The notes under the pieces were generated by a model that did not search any database, was not told where the DNA came from, and was given only the letters and a program-made list of their open reading frames with translations. This document shows, piece after piece, positions 9,306-22,400 of a stretch of DNA of 64,000 nt. This DNA comes from Fistulifera solaris (taxonomy: Eukaryota). Positions within the stretch are counted from its first letter, which is position 1. Each line of letters begins with the position of its first letter. A program made the translations under genes and the position numbers. The stretch covers positions 62,001-126,000 of the forward strand of contig AP026148.1 of assembly GCA_030295235.1 (NCBI GenBank), given 5' to 3'.

Positions 9306-12300
9306 TTACGTGATGTTAATCGGAGTCGCTGTCGGAACTATCGTCGTCCGCCGTTGCGGCAGTCTTCTTGCCGCTGGAGTCGACTTCGACGGAGGTGATG
9401 ATGCTGCTGCCGCCGCTTTCTCTTTGGCGGCTTTGGCTTTCTTGGAAGCACTTTCCAAAGCAGCACGTTCGGCCTTGGCTTCCGCCTCGCATTCAAGTGC
9501 CAGAATAACGACATCCTCGACAAGTTGTGCATCTCTGGATTTGTCTTGGATGGCTCCGACAATTTGGGCCATCGTCTTCTGGTACGCTAGACGAGCTTCA
9601 GCTTCCGCTAAGTAGTAAGCCTGGCGCGTCTTCAAGTCGTCTTTCAACTTCTCGAGCTGAGCCTTGTATGCTTCGACGTTCTTGATCAGTTTCGCGTTTG
9701 TGGCATTCAACTGTTTAGCGTGATCGTTCAGCGCCTGGAATGATTGACCAGCTGAGGCATTGGCTTCCATGAGTCTTTGGTTGTTCTCTTTCAAAGCCTT
9801 GAAATCCTTTCGCATCGTGTCGTTTTGATTACGAAGCTTTTGATTTTCGCGGCGCAGGTACTCGATAATCTTTCCACTTTCTTCGATCAACGACTGTTGC
9901 TGAGCGGCCTTCTTCTGTTTATCTTTATCGTTCGCCAGCTCTTCCTTGATTTTCTTTCGGTACTCTTCCATTTCTTTCTCAGCTGCTTCACGTGCATCTT
10001 GGACCTCTTTCATTCTCTTCATTTCTGCTTCGTGAACTGCGCTTTCGAGGGACTTGATCTTGTTTTTCAAAGCGTCCTTCTCTCGCTGTGCCTTCAACAT
10101 CTCCTTGAATTTTGGACGCCACAAGAAAGTACGCACGTGCGCTTGGATTTTAATCGCGGCCTTGAGTTGCTTCTTCGCCTTCTTCTTTGCTCCTTTCTTT
10201 GCTTTTTCTTCTTTTGTTAAGCTCTTTTCTGGCCATGTAGCATCGCCATGCACACTGAATTGGAATGGCAAGCTTGCCTCGAGATCGCATTTTCCTGCCC
10301 TGCGTTTTCTTACGGACAAGCCAACCTCGTGACGTACGTTGTAAGTCTAGAGCCCACTGTTCCCAAGCTTCCATGCGCTTTCCTTCCAAAAATTCAAGGG
10401 CGCCCGTCTTGAAGTATGCGCGTGTCTTACCGACGACAAAAGCCGGCTTTCCCGTTTCGTCCTGAAGTGGCTTCAACGCGGCCGTCAAAAGTTTAGTAAC
10501 TTCATCTTTGTAGTCGACTTTGGACTTGTCTTTCTTTCCTTTCGTTTTGTTGATGACCTTGAAGCGTTCGACGCACGCTCGATGGTCGAGTCGATTTGGG
10601 AAGGCGGTACGTGAAATTGTTACAGCTGCTACCACACCTGCACATCGAAGCTGTTCAACGGTTGTCATGTGGTACATGATATTGGGCCTCTTGATTGGAT
10701 TCGGCTTGATGCATCGAATATAACGCGATTGTGTCTCGTTGAGCTGCTTCATCAATGATGTCAACTGATTCTTGAACTTGTTCCACAGAGTATCAGACGC
10801 CATGTTACTTTTACCGCGTTTCGGACCAGCACGGACAGCAGTGGACTCGCCGCTTCCATCGTCTTTGGTCATACTATCGTTTTGCATATGGTTGGCAATG
10901 ATGTCGTTGCTCGATTGCTTGGCGATTTCGATCAAGTCAGGGGCGATAGTGTCCTGATTCACCTGCAGAAAACCGTTGGCATGATAGACAACCTTTCCAG
11001 CGTAGTGATGAATACCGAAGTCGAGTGGTCCAAGAAGTCGATCTTGGACTAGGCATGGGGATGTCTTGTTCGTATTACACGCCTTGTACACGAACTCTTT
11101 GTCACTACCCTTGGGTCGAACACATTCTTCGTTGAGCATGGCCAGTAACCCAGCGCGGCCTTCAATGAGATCAAGCACGTCACTATTGTCGTCATAAAGA
11201 ATGTCATCCAAAGCAATGCCTTCGAATTTGTATTCTTCCTGAACTGCTTTAAAAATATCTTTTGTGAACTTTTGCTGAAGTTTCTCGTTCGCGTAGTTGA
11301 TGGCCAACTGCTCAAACCCGTTCACTGGGAACGATTCGAAACCGAAAATATCCAAAAGACCAATGGTGCAGAAATCAGATTTGCGGGCGCCCTTGTAGTT
11401 CTTTTCAGCCATAGTAGCATCGTTGATTTCTCGAACAAGCCAAAGGAAAATTTTGGAATAAATTTCCTTTCCAAAAGCCTCGCACGAGTCTTTGGCGGCG
11501 TCGGGCTTCAAGGGTACTTTGAAGACTTCGCCACGCGCGTTCATGGTTCGTTCCACCAAAGCCTTTTCAAGCTCGGTGGGATTAATACCGATGAGCTCTG
11601 CGAGACTATTGAATTCCGACTTGCTCGTCACACAAGATTTCTCCGTATCTCCTCCCGGTGGTCCGAATGTGATATTTCCGAGTTGAAGAACGCACGCGAT
11701 AGCTCTCCACAGCGTCATCAATGAATCACCAGTAACACCGACTTTGGCAAGACCTTCCACGGTCTCATAGAAGTGATCACCATCACTCTTCCCTTCAATC
11801 GAGGTAGTGTCCGTATGACCGATAACTTTGAACGAGGCATTGGTAGTCCCCTTGAGTCCTTTCCAAATCTTCACCTTATCGGCTTCCTTGGCGGCAATCA
11901 TTTGGTAAAAAATGTGGTACGTTCGTTCCGACTCGTCGTGTGTCATAATACGACTCTTTTCAAGAAGGTAAACCTCACATTTACTTCCCGCGATTTTGCA
12001 GTGCGGGACGCGTTGACCCGGCGCAACGTTTGCGTCACGATCGAATTGCAACATGATGTATTTTCCGAAACGTGAGGAGTTGTCATTACGACGGGTCTTG
12101 GCGTTACCAAAGGCCTCCAAAAGAGGGTTGGACTCGACGACACGCTTGACGACCTCGTTGAGACCATCACCCCTTTCTGTCCCGTGGGTCCTTTTTGAAC
12201 GGACGCCATGTGATTCATGCAGATCTTGACGGTTTCCGTCTTACCAGCACCGGATTCACCGGAAACGAGAATCGACTGGTTGCAGTCATCGACAGCGAGA

Positions 12301-12962
12301 CCTTTGTAGGAAAGTGCCGACGTCTCGTATATGTGTGGATCGAGTTCTTTACGAGGATCCGAATCACCGGCCTTCCACACCATCTTGTTCGCGTATTGAT
12401 CTTGCATCTTGTCGGTGTAAAGATGCGTCAACCATTGGTAAGGGTTAATCGCGATTACGATATCACCCGTGCGAGTGTAAGGGAAACCTTGTCGATGACG
12501 TTCCTTCAAGTTATAGAGGATGGCAGCCTAAAAAACGAGACGATGTGTAAGCTCTACGTGCAACAAATAAGAACAAAATAGAAGCGTCGAAAGGCTTCGC
12601 ATCCTACTTGATATCCGCAAAGATACTTCTTCTTCGAGTGAACCGGCTAAATATGTACTCACCTCGTGCAAGAAAGGCAAGTCTACCATGTCTTCTTTGA
12701 GCGTAAGAACACCTGCCTTGTCAACGTTCGCCATCGGCAAGGTTCCTCCTTCATATTCTTTGAGTTTCACGACCTTATCGGTCCATTTCCTAGCATTCTT
12801 GCCTCCATCGTTGGCGATTGCCGCTTCGTCATCGTACGTCGGAATCGATACAACCGCTTCCTTGTCGGTTTGCGATTTCAGACGCGCCGGCAACCACGCA
12901 AGGTCTTTGTCTTTCACATACACATTGTTACTTGTGGCTACAGAGCCACCATCTTTGCCCAT
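9306..12962 (-). CDS. Myosin heavy chain (motor domain, ~3 IQ motifs, short coiled-coil tail); one intron, apparent frameshifts
   Basis: Exon 1 is 12962-12663, GT-AG intron 12662-12528. Motifs: DMVDLPFLHE|AAILYNLKER, P-loop GESGAGKTE, EAFGNAKTRRNDNSSRFGK, LLDIFGFE, INYANEKLQ, YIRCIKPN, QLRCAGV. IQ motifs: LQRTSRG, IQCAWRC, IQAHVRT. Frame changes near 12170, 10205 and probably 9370. Confidence 0.93.
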
Positions 12963-13865
12963 TTTTCAAAAGATCTTTCTTCTTTTGTGAATGAACAAGA
13001 AGACTTTTGTGTTGTAATGATGTTGTGAGAGATTTGAGGCAAGAAACAATAATAAAATGCCTTTTTTCGTTTCAAGATCTCCCCGCACGGCGCAAGAGAG
13101 GTTTGTGACGATGACCCACTCTCTGTTGCTATAGTTCGCTAACGAGAGTGTACAAGATGACGTGATCGGAATCAATTCACTAATGACTAATGACCCCCCA
13201 GACTCAAGAACCTCACGGTGCGCCGAATGACCCTTTGCTACACTTTTGTCAATAATAATTTGCGGCGTCTGTTCTTCTTCGACTTATTCTTTATCCTGTT
13301 CCCTGCTGCAGATCATTTTGTGTGCTTCCAGTGTCGATGTCGACCAACATCGCAATCTCACCAAAATCAATTCCTCCAGCCAATCAACGGTTTTTTTTAT
13401 ATTCGAGAGGTTTTGAAAACAAAAAGAGATACACTGCCTTGACTTTTTTACGTGATGTTCACGTAGCTCCCGTCGGAATTTTGTCGATGCAGGTGCGCCC
13501 TGACGCTTGTATCATTCGTCAACACGTTTTTGGGCCCGGTTTTACGCCAATAATGTGATCATCATCCCCTACGGGAAATATTTACTTTAACTGCAAACGT
13601 AAAAAAAGAGGAAAGATGCGACCTTTCAAAAGTCTACGTAGCTTGGGCTTTGTAAGGTTTAGGGAAATTTATCGACCTACCCGTATGTAAAATGGATAAT
13701 GGAACAAACCGAAATTCTATCAAACTAGAGAAGGCGAAGAGATATGAACAACTTAGAGTTGGTTATGTAGTGTGGAATTTAATTCTTTTCATGGATCTTT
13801 TCATGGAAAGTATGTGGATCATCCAAACAATGGATCGGTGGCTCGTCGGTTTAGTTTTTCTTTCT

Positions 13866-14297
13866 CTAGCCATCAAACATCCTCCATTGCAACCGCAGAA
13901 GGATGAATGATATCGTTGATAAAAATGCGCTTCCAATAAGCCATCCTCTAGTAAAAGGTCTACCCGCTTCATCGCGAATTTCTTGAGAGTTCTCTCTTTC
14001 GTTTTCGAGAGAAATTGTCATGATGGCGATAACAATTTCCAATACACCTGTCGACAACAAAATAAGTAGTCCTTCGAGAACAGTAACCGACCAAAATCCC
14101 ATGACGTAAAGGTGCTGCAGCTGAAGGATGATGCCGATGGAAGTCACCTGAGAGTATGCTCCAACGACAGATCCAAGAACAAACATAAGCTTGCGAATCG
14201 CACGATAGCCTTTCTTGTCGTTCCGATCCATTTCGTCATCGCCCCATGGGATTGTGCTCCGAGACTTCTCTGTCGTAGAGTAGCTATCGTGATGCAT
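13866..14297 (-). CDS. Hypothetical small multi-pass membrane protein
   Basis: ~143 aa from the MHHD start, with 3-4 hydrophobic segments separated by charged loops. No family recognised. Confidence 0.4.
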   Translation of the reverse strand: MHHDSYSTTEKSRSTIPWGDDEMDRNDKKGYRAIRKLMFVLGSVVGAYSQVTSIGIILQLQHLYVMGFWSVTVLEGLLILLSTGVLEIVIAIMTISLENERENSQEIRDEAGRPFTRGWLIGSAFLSTISFILLRLQWRMFDG

Positions 14298-14947
14298 GGT
14301 TAGGAAGTGAATCATCTTATCCAGCGGATGTTTAACTGAAGGAAAGAGGATGAATGAGCCGATCCTGGTGATTGCGAACTTGCAAATAATGAGCGCGCTA
14401 GTGATCGCCTTTTATATCAATCGAACTCCAAAAAAGCTTGTATGTGTCCAGCTTGCACCGAAAGCTCCTTTGAGTAGCGGATAAATGATTCGAAGTCAAA
14501 ACGTGCAGGTTATTGAACAAGATCGATCTTGTCAATCGAATTTATGCCTCATTCATCCTTCATGGCGTCTCTTCTCCGCTTCTCCGTGTGTCGTGCCCGG
14601 TTCGTGGTTTGCTCTTCCCTCTATTTTCCCCACCCGAAGTTGTCACTGAAAAGCGAAACGCTGGCGTGTTGCACGTCGCACGTTGCACGTAGCCCGCAGT
14701 ACTTATCACAGAGGGAATCGCAAGTACAGAAGGATCCCCAATCAAGTTCTGTGTTTACTCAATCTAACAACATGTGCAGCAGCTATAGCAGTGACTTGTG
14801 ACGAACGACCGGTGAATTTTTTTAGCAGTTACAAGTACTTAGTGAGAGTGCACAATTTACAGAGGCGGAGTCCGTCGCGGGTCTGGGCGCGGGTTAATGT
14901 TTCAAGTTTTCATGAGATGATTCACGGCACGGCGCGGCGCAAATCTT

Positions 14948-15219
14948 GGAACGGCGTTAAAAATCTGCCGCGGCACAAATCTGTCTCAGAATCACTGCGT
15001 CCACTAGGCCCAAGGCGTAATCTGCGAGGTGCGGAGTTTTGCATTTAGAAACATAGCAATAATTCTGAAACGTGCTCATATCTGCATTCAAATATCTATC
15101 ATTTGTACAGTACAAAAGCATTTCATAGAAGTTTGTGCGTTTCTACTATAGCTGATAATGTATCTTTTTATTGATTCTGAGACAGATTTGTGCCGCGGCA
15201 GTTTTTTAACGCCGTTTCC
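14948..15219. mobile_element. MITE-like element bounded by ~47-bp terminal inverted repeats
   Basis: 14948-14994 (GGAACGGCGTTAAAAATCTGCCGCGGCACAAATCTGTCTCAGAATCA) is the reverse complement of 15172-15219, with one mismatch and one extra T. The interior is short and partly AT-rich, with no credible ORF. No clear target-site duplication. Confidence 0.65.
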
Positions 15220-15320
15220 TCAGACTTTTAGGTCTACGTACAAAGTACCTGGTAGACAAGAATATCCACCGCCCTGTACTTTGTTTTCATCTAACAACAA
15301 ACTAGGCTGCAAAACTTATC

Positions 15321-15910
15321 CTAAACATCCCTATTACTGTTGTTTTGATGGTCGAACACCCTTTCTGCAAACATCGATGATGTCTTCTGCTCTTGTTCAG
15401 ACAATTGGGGGTCTTGGTGACTGTGTTGAAAGCAATATTTGTTTTGCATCTCACAGCGCCGACATGGCTGTCCATCAGTGCAGGTACCAAAACAAGCACT
15501 AGTCTGATCTGGTGCCTTCCTTGCATTTTGATTCCCATTCGTGCTCCCACCGTGCTCTTTTTTTCTTCGTATGAAACTCGAATTCTGATGAACGTGTTGA
15601 AAGCAGAACGTGCCTTGCTTCTGACAACGCTTACACGATTGTCCATCGGCGCCCGTACCAAAGTTGTGCTTTTCACGAGAATCTTTGGTGAAGGGTGATG
15701 ATTTCGATTTGTTGTTTGTAGATTTTTTGTTCCCTTCTCTGAAAATCGCGGATCCTGATGCACATGCTGAAAACAAAACTTGCCTTGCACCTGACAACGC
15801 TTGCATGGCTGTCCATCGGCGCGAGTGCCAAACATGTGTTCTTTATAAGATTCATTGGCGGCACTCGGTTTCGCGCGTTCCTTTTCGTCTTTATGAGCGG
15901 CTGCCGCCAT
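15321..15910 (-). pseudogene. Truncated paralog (or short gene) made of three FGTxADGQPCxRCxxxGKFCFQH Cys/His repeats, lacking the J-domain
   Basis: Repeat 1 lies in the 15302-16051 ORF frame; repeats 2 and 3 lie in the 15321-15806 ORF frame. It clearly parallels the C-terminal part of the J-domain gene at 17.3-17.8 kb. Confidence 0.55.
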
Positions 15911-15935
15911 CGATGTTGTCAGAATAAAGGCACTC

Positions 15936-16100
15936 GCCCAGATTTTATGGGGACGTAAAAACTTCACCCGCCCAGCTTTTATGGACACTTTATCTTCGTA
16001 AAAAAAAAACAGCACACTCCCAGATTTTATGGATACGAAAAGACAGCACACGCCCAGATTTTATGGAGAGGTGAAAACAGCACAGGCCCAGATTCTATTT
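15936..16100. repeat. Five spaced copies of a CCCAGATTTTATGG-like core
   Basis: Cores near 15937, 15971, 16019, 16053 and 16087, separated by short A-rich linkers. Resembles the TCCAGATTTTCTGG core of the arrays at 31 kb and 58-59 kb. Confidence 0.6.
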
Positions 16101-17266
16101 TTTTTGGACATCTTTTGGGGGCGCGTAAAAAATGAAGTTGGGAATGATACCAGGTAACACACAATAGCGACCGACACCCACAGCATTATCAACAATGATC
16201 AATGATCAATGCTCCTTTTGCATTTTGCATTTTTCATTCATGTTCATTCTTTATTCCTTCATAACTATTACGCCAATCATGAATGCTTCCAAAACTCTGC
16301 ACACCGAACAAGTAGCGCATTTTTACCGCAGCAGAAGGTCTTTCACCTACAAGCCACTTCGCGACCCGGTCGCACTCTCGAAGAACGGACAGCACTTTAA
16401 CGAAAGTTATGCCGGTCGGTAGCAATGACTCTTTGCACCTGATCAGAGAGCCTTGTGCTTGTAAATTTGCAACAAGGAAGACGAATCCTTTCATTTGGCT
16501 ATCTTCGGTGTCAGAGATAATCCATTGTCGGGACTCTTGGTGGCTTTATGAGCACCTAGACTACACTAGAGGTCTTCAAAATAATTGTCGTCGTGACAGT
16601 GCATAACGACGGCGTCGACGTTTAGTGGAGTTTGCTCCGTCGGCGGTGGGTTTTGCCAACTTAACGCTGAGTACGAAGCACACTAGTCTTCTAGCATCAC
16701 GATCTTTCACCATGGAATTGATTTTTGGAATTGTGAGTTCGGTGATCAGGGCACTCTTTTCGTCGAAAAACTCGAAAAGCGCACATCATCGTTGGTATCC
16801 TTGCATTTTGCAATCAATATACTATTAAGCGATGGAAATCTACGACGTTGATGGCACTCCGGAGTATGACATTGCAGTGCAGTCAAACATAGTCGAAAAA
16901 TAATGAATGATTTATGTCCAATGATCCGGGTCTCCCTCTGTCGATAAATTTTCCCTACGGGGGTCTGCGTGATTTTTACGAAGACAATCGCAACATGGTA
17001 TCTGTCGCCTTTTTCATGTTTGGTGTTCCCATTGATGTCGATTCTTGCTTTATAGTCTCTATGGAGGCATGTTGAATTTGCTGAAATCAAGTTTGTCTCT
17101 GTCGGACCCAAATTTTATTGAGATCGAATAATTGGATAAGTTCCGGGTGCTTTTTTACATCGATAAATTTCCAACGGTGCCTACGTGGATTTTACGTACC
17201 ATTAGTCAAATACAAGCGTTGCGTTGTAAACTTTTAAACCTTACACATATATTTGATGTCTTAGCC

Positions 17267-18536
17267 TTATAAACTTATTTGTTGGCTCTCACAGGAGCCT
17301 GCTACGAAATCAGACAAACTGGGGATTTTGTTAAGTGTGTTGAAAGCAATATTTGCCTTGCTTTTCACAACGCCGACAAGGTTGTCCATCGGTAGCGAGT
17401 ACCAAAACGAGCATGACTCTGACCCGGTACCTTCTTTGCACTTTGAAGCCAGTTTGCGCTCGCATCGTGCTTCGTGTCTTGGGCACAAAAAGTTGGAACC
17501 TGATTCACATGTTGAAAGCAGAACTTGCCTTGAGCCTGACAACGCTGACACGGCTGTCCATCGGCGCGTACCAAACGAGTGTTCTTTACGAAAATCATGA
17601 CCTGCGTCCGGAAGGTGACGGTCTCGAGTGTTCCTTTTGTTGGTAGTACGAGACTTGTTCAGGTTCTCCTTGTGAAATTCGCGGATCCTGATCCGTATGC
17701 TGAAAACAAAATTTACCATACATCAGACAACGCTGACAAGGCTGACCATCAGCGCGTGTCCCAAAGACAGCTTCTTTCTCTTGCCAGCACGGTGGTGTTT
17801 TCACATTCTTCTGTGGATTCTCACTCCAACTCCACTGGCTGTCAGTCTTGTAATTCTGTGGATTCTCATTCCAACTCCACTGGCAGTAAGTCTTCTCATT
17901 GTGTGGTTTCTCATTCCAACTCCACTGGCTGTCAGTCTTGTAATTCTGTGGATTCTCACTCCAACTCCACTGGCTGTAAGTCTTCTCATTCTGTGGTTTC
18001 TCATTCCACTGGCTGTAAGTCTTGCCATTCTGTGGATTCTCACTCTCATGGCTTTCAGTCTTCAGATTCTGCGGTTCCCCACTTGGCTGGCTGTCAGTCT
18101 TCTCATTGTGTGCTTCTCCACTCGACTGGCTTTCAGCTTCTTCAGCCCAAGCACTTGCATTTGCACTTTTCGAATTCTCGTTCTCTTTGGTACTACCACA
18201 TGAGGCGTCTTCTGCAGATGAAGGCTGGCTGCTTTCCTTGTTTGCCTTCTTGTAGAATGGGAAACCTGATTCTTGCTTTGGTTCTTCTGAATGCGATTTA
18301 GCCCCGTAGAATTTTTGTTCCCAGTCGTAATCTTCTCGATAATCACGAAGAACCTCGTAGGCTTGATGGATGCGTTGAAATGCTTCCGTGAATTCCTTCT
18401 TTTCTGCAGTAGATGCTTGAGGATGTTTGTCAGGATGCAATTTTTGCGCCCATTTCAAGAACGCCTGGCGAATTTCCAATGCAGTAGCATCTTCATTTAC
18501 TCCCAAGATATCGTAATAACTCTCTTCGTTCAGCAT
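17267..18536 (-). CDS. J-domain (DnaJ/Hsp40-type) protein with internal tandem repeats and three C-terminal Cys/His putative zinc-binding repeats; frameshifted in the 3' part
   Basis: SYYDILGV...IRQAFLKWAQKLHPDKH...FQRIHQAYEVL has an intact HPD. It is followed by ENPQNYKTDSQWSW-type repeats and GTRADGQPCQRCLMYGKFCFQH. Further Cys/His repeats continue in shifted frames (17365-17598 ORF and about 17320-17405). The true 3' end is uncertain. Confidence 0.8.
17805..18135. repeat. In-frame coding tandem repeat (45-bp and 39-bp units) inside the J-domain gene
   Basis: Unit CTGTGGATTCTCACTCCAACTCCACTGGCTGTCAGTCTTGTAATT occurs about 4 times, then as shorter, more diverged 39-bp units. Encodes 15-aa and 13-aa repeats. 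Confidence 0.9.
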
Positions 18537-19428
18537 GGTAAAGTGCGTGACAAAATGGGGAGATTGTGATTGCTTCAAGCTCAGGGAACGACTTTTTGAA
18601 AATCATTCAACAACACGAATGAATGCAGAAAGATTTTTTTCTCCTAAAAACTCAAAATAATACTACGTAATCATAACCAACGGGAGGCAGTACGGTTCAC
18701 ATTTGTTCATAATCGGTCCCGAGCAATGTGAAAAGTGATAAGATGCTTATGGGACGCTTCAAACGCTTAGTCTTGGAGATCAACGTTAGGGCCTATTTTT
18801 CGTAGATTAGTGATCAATAACCTTACGAGTACAAGTACTCCGTACTCTAGACCTATTTTAGAATTTTTTAGAATTCACTTATTCACTTACTCACTTCACC
18901 AACTCAATAAGATCGCAGATTGCAGATTTCGCGTCCTCTTTTTTCTCAAGCATGTCAAGCTTGTCGGCCTTTGACTTGTGGTAGAATAGAAAATGAAAGC
19001 CCAACTAGAGGTCTATCTAGTATCTAGTCTAATATCATTCATTTGTTGTCTTTGCCTTTCTCATTTTTTTGCCTTTTGCATCACATCAATGTTCTTCAAG
19101 ACGGAAAAGTAAGCCTACGTAGCCACCCCCGACTCAATTGGCTTCTGTCACGATGAAATGTCGTAATACGAAAAAGTCGTCTACCCTTGAAACGTTAAAA
19201 AATATACCGGTGCGATACGATCAACGAGTGATATTTAGGGCGCGGAGTCTCATCGAGACGCGTCCCCATCGCGACTCCACCGGCGCCACTGATGAAAAAA
19301 GAGAACACGAGAGTGCAAACGAATGATTGCATGTAAGTTGAAAACGCTGTATCATTGCTCTCTTCACTCTATCTTTCTTCTGAGCAACATTACACTCTAA
19401 TCGTCGCTGTAATTGCGTTGACAAGAGA

Positions 19429-22400
19429 ATGCAAGAAAGCTTTCCGTTCGATCATGTGGTGATTACATTTCCAGATACGCGAGCCGCCGAAGCGGCCCGA
19501 CAAGGTCCTTTTCTACACATTCGTCGAAAGTATCCTCATACACGTCTGATTGCGACGACCGATCCTCACGATGCGCGCGTCGGGAGTGGAGGAGGTACGC
19601 TGGCTGCCTTGCCTGTGGAAGGAAGCACCGTCTTGATGTTGCACGCGGGAGGACAGTCGAGTCGGTGTCCGACACAAATGGTACTGGGAAAGGCCTGGAC
19701 GTCACTGCCGACGAGAGAACACCAGTTAATTACTCCCATTGAAGTCTGGATACAGCAATGTCATGATTTGTTCCAGGGAATACCCAAGGGGGCGTTGGTT
19801 GTCGTGTCTTCCGATACTTTGTTGCAATTGCCGCATTCGATACGACCCCAATGGTCTTCATATGAAGGAGTTCTGGGCTTAGCGGTACCGGCTCCTCTAC
19901 ACACGGCTCAGAATCATGGTGTTTTTTCTTTAGCGACACATGATAACAATCATCATTATTACAACGACGACAGCGAACCGTACGTAGCATCGTGTCAGGC
20001 TATCTATCAAAAACCGTCTCTTGAGGTACTGGAAACCATTGCCATTCGACAACACGCTTGGATTGACACAGGGGTTATTGTATTCTTTCCATCCGTCGCG
20101 CGATCCTTACGGCGACTCGCACAAAGTACTCTTGCGGCCTGTACAGCTTCGGGTTTGGAGACCATGTGGAAACGAGAATCGTCGGGAGAATCGCTGATGC
20201 ATTTTGCGCGGCGAGCGGCGCTTCCAGTGGATCTGTATACTCATTTTCTACAAGCTTTTCGGTTAGAAGAAGGATCCTCACTCATGTCGGAGAAGAAGCG
20301 GCGGTATTGCGAGAAATATCGTGCGGACGGAATCTCCCTGGGAACGTTAGCATCCATATTTGATACGCTGCATCGGCATACGTTGCGCATTCTGGCATTT
20401 CCAAAAGGGAAATTTCTGCATTTGGGGACAACGCGCGAACTAGTGGAGTTTTACGCCATGGCACATCCGCCTACACGCCAGAAACGGAGAAAGGAGGATC
20501 GCCTGCAGCTGTGTGCTAGTTTTTGCGAACATTTGGGGCTTACCCATCGTTTACATGCACTTACAATTCTTCCGGAAGGAAGTGATTCGGACAGCAATAC
20601 AGTGAATCCTTCAGCCATTATCTACCATAGTATCATTGAGAGCACGTGCGAGGAGAGTTGTATAGGTGCCAACACAATTATTGAGCATTGCTCCATCGAA
20701 ACCGATCACGCCCTCAGAATAGGACGAAACTGTCTGATATCGGGGCTGCGATATTCTGCGAAAAATTCTACTGGTAACGGTGATATACCATTCACGGTCC
20801 CCGACGGAACCTTGATCCAGGTACTTCCCTTGCGAGACAACAAGGGGAAAACGATTCAGTTTGTTCATATGGTTTTGGGCATTGACGACGCGATTGAGCA
20901 TAAAAGAACTCTATATGGACTCGCATTCGAGCGATTTCTATCTTGGACTTTCCTTTCGGACGAAGATGTGTGGCCAGACGAGGAAACGGAATCGAAGCAG
21001 ACGTTATGGACAGCAGAGCTGCATCCCATCGTTGAAAGCGGGCTCTCTAGTGCCTCGGTTTTCTCATGGCTATTTGCATACACACAAGGGAAGAAAACGT
21101 CTGAGCTGTTAGATTGGGAAAAAATAAGTTTGAGCCGATGGAAGTCGAGTCGAAGACTTTCCTTAGCGCAGATTCGGAATATGGCAGACGCTTCCAAAGA
21201 GTTTTCCTACCGCCAGAACCTGATTGGAAGGGATCTTCCGAACGCCAAAAGACTTTTAATATCGAACATATTTGACGCCTTGATGAACCGCGAACTCAGC
21301 CCTCTGAATCTGCAATCTATCTTGAATGATTTTGCCGCAAACGGGAAATTTGACGACGTACAAAGGGTGTTACTAGTCTTGATTGAAGTCATCTCCAGAT
21401 CTTTGCGAAATGAGGCTTACGATATTTGCGGACAAGCATGCGCAGTGTCGAGCTCGTTTTTGAGCGACTTTAACTTAATCGCTTCTTCCTGTGTCCAACA
21501 GTTGAATGAGATGCTTGGCCAGATCACCTGGGAGGGTGCGTCATTTGTTGATATTGCCCGAAAGGTCATCGATGAATGTGACACAATAAAGTCAAGCAAA
21601 GATTCCTTCAACGTTCTATCATTATCAATTATGTTGGAGCAAGCAAGTTTTGCGATGACTCGAAAATGCATCTGCGATGTGGCTAGTCAATGGCAACTCT
21701 CCACTCCCACAGAATCGATACTGAATCAGTGGGTATTGGCAACTGCTCCTGCTCGGATAGATTTTGCGGGAGGTTGGTCAGATACTGCTCCCATTTGTTA
21801 CCATGGTAGTTCGGTGGTGGGGGCCGCAGTGACAATAGGTGATAATGTTTTGCCACTCTCTTGTCGCTGCAGAATCGTGTCGGGAGGCAGAGGGGTGTAC
21901 TTGTGCACGGAGCAAAGAAATCTCGTGTCGGGAGCACTTGAAGCGTGCGCAAGCCAAACCTTATCGCGTTTCCACGACTTACAAGATTTTCGTTACCCTG
22001 AGGCTTCATGTGCATTGCTCAAGTGTGCGCTCTACACACTGGGGATGATGCTTCCAGCGGACCATTCCGAGGATCTCCAGTTCAATATGAATGTTTTTCA
22101 AGAGGCACTAAACTCATTTTGTGGCAGTCGCGAAAGCGACGTGATGCTCGAAATTATTTCTACGTCTCTTCTTCCTCATGGATCGGGGATGGGTACATCA
22201 AGTATTCTTGGCGGTTGCGTTCTTGCTGCTATACTACGTTGCGTTGGGAAAGGCATAAATGACATTCGCAATTATCAGCATTATTTGATCGAGCATGTAT
22301 GTAGATTAGAGCAGCACCTTTCGACAGGAGGTGGTTTTCAGGATCAAGTGAACGGGCTGATCGGCGGTGTCAAAATCGTTCGATGTGAACCAGACACTTT

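Noticed and set aside
16195..17111. Possible transposon remnant between the two Cys/His-repeat genes
   Set aside because: No transposase, reverse transcriptase or terminal-repeat motifs recognised.
17579..18301. 240-aa plus-strand Ser/Cys/His repeat ORF
   Set aside because: Antisense reading of the tandem repeat in the J-domain gene; it stays open only because the repeat unit lacks stops.
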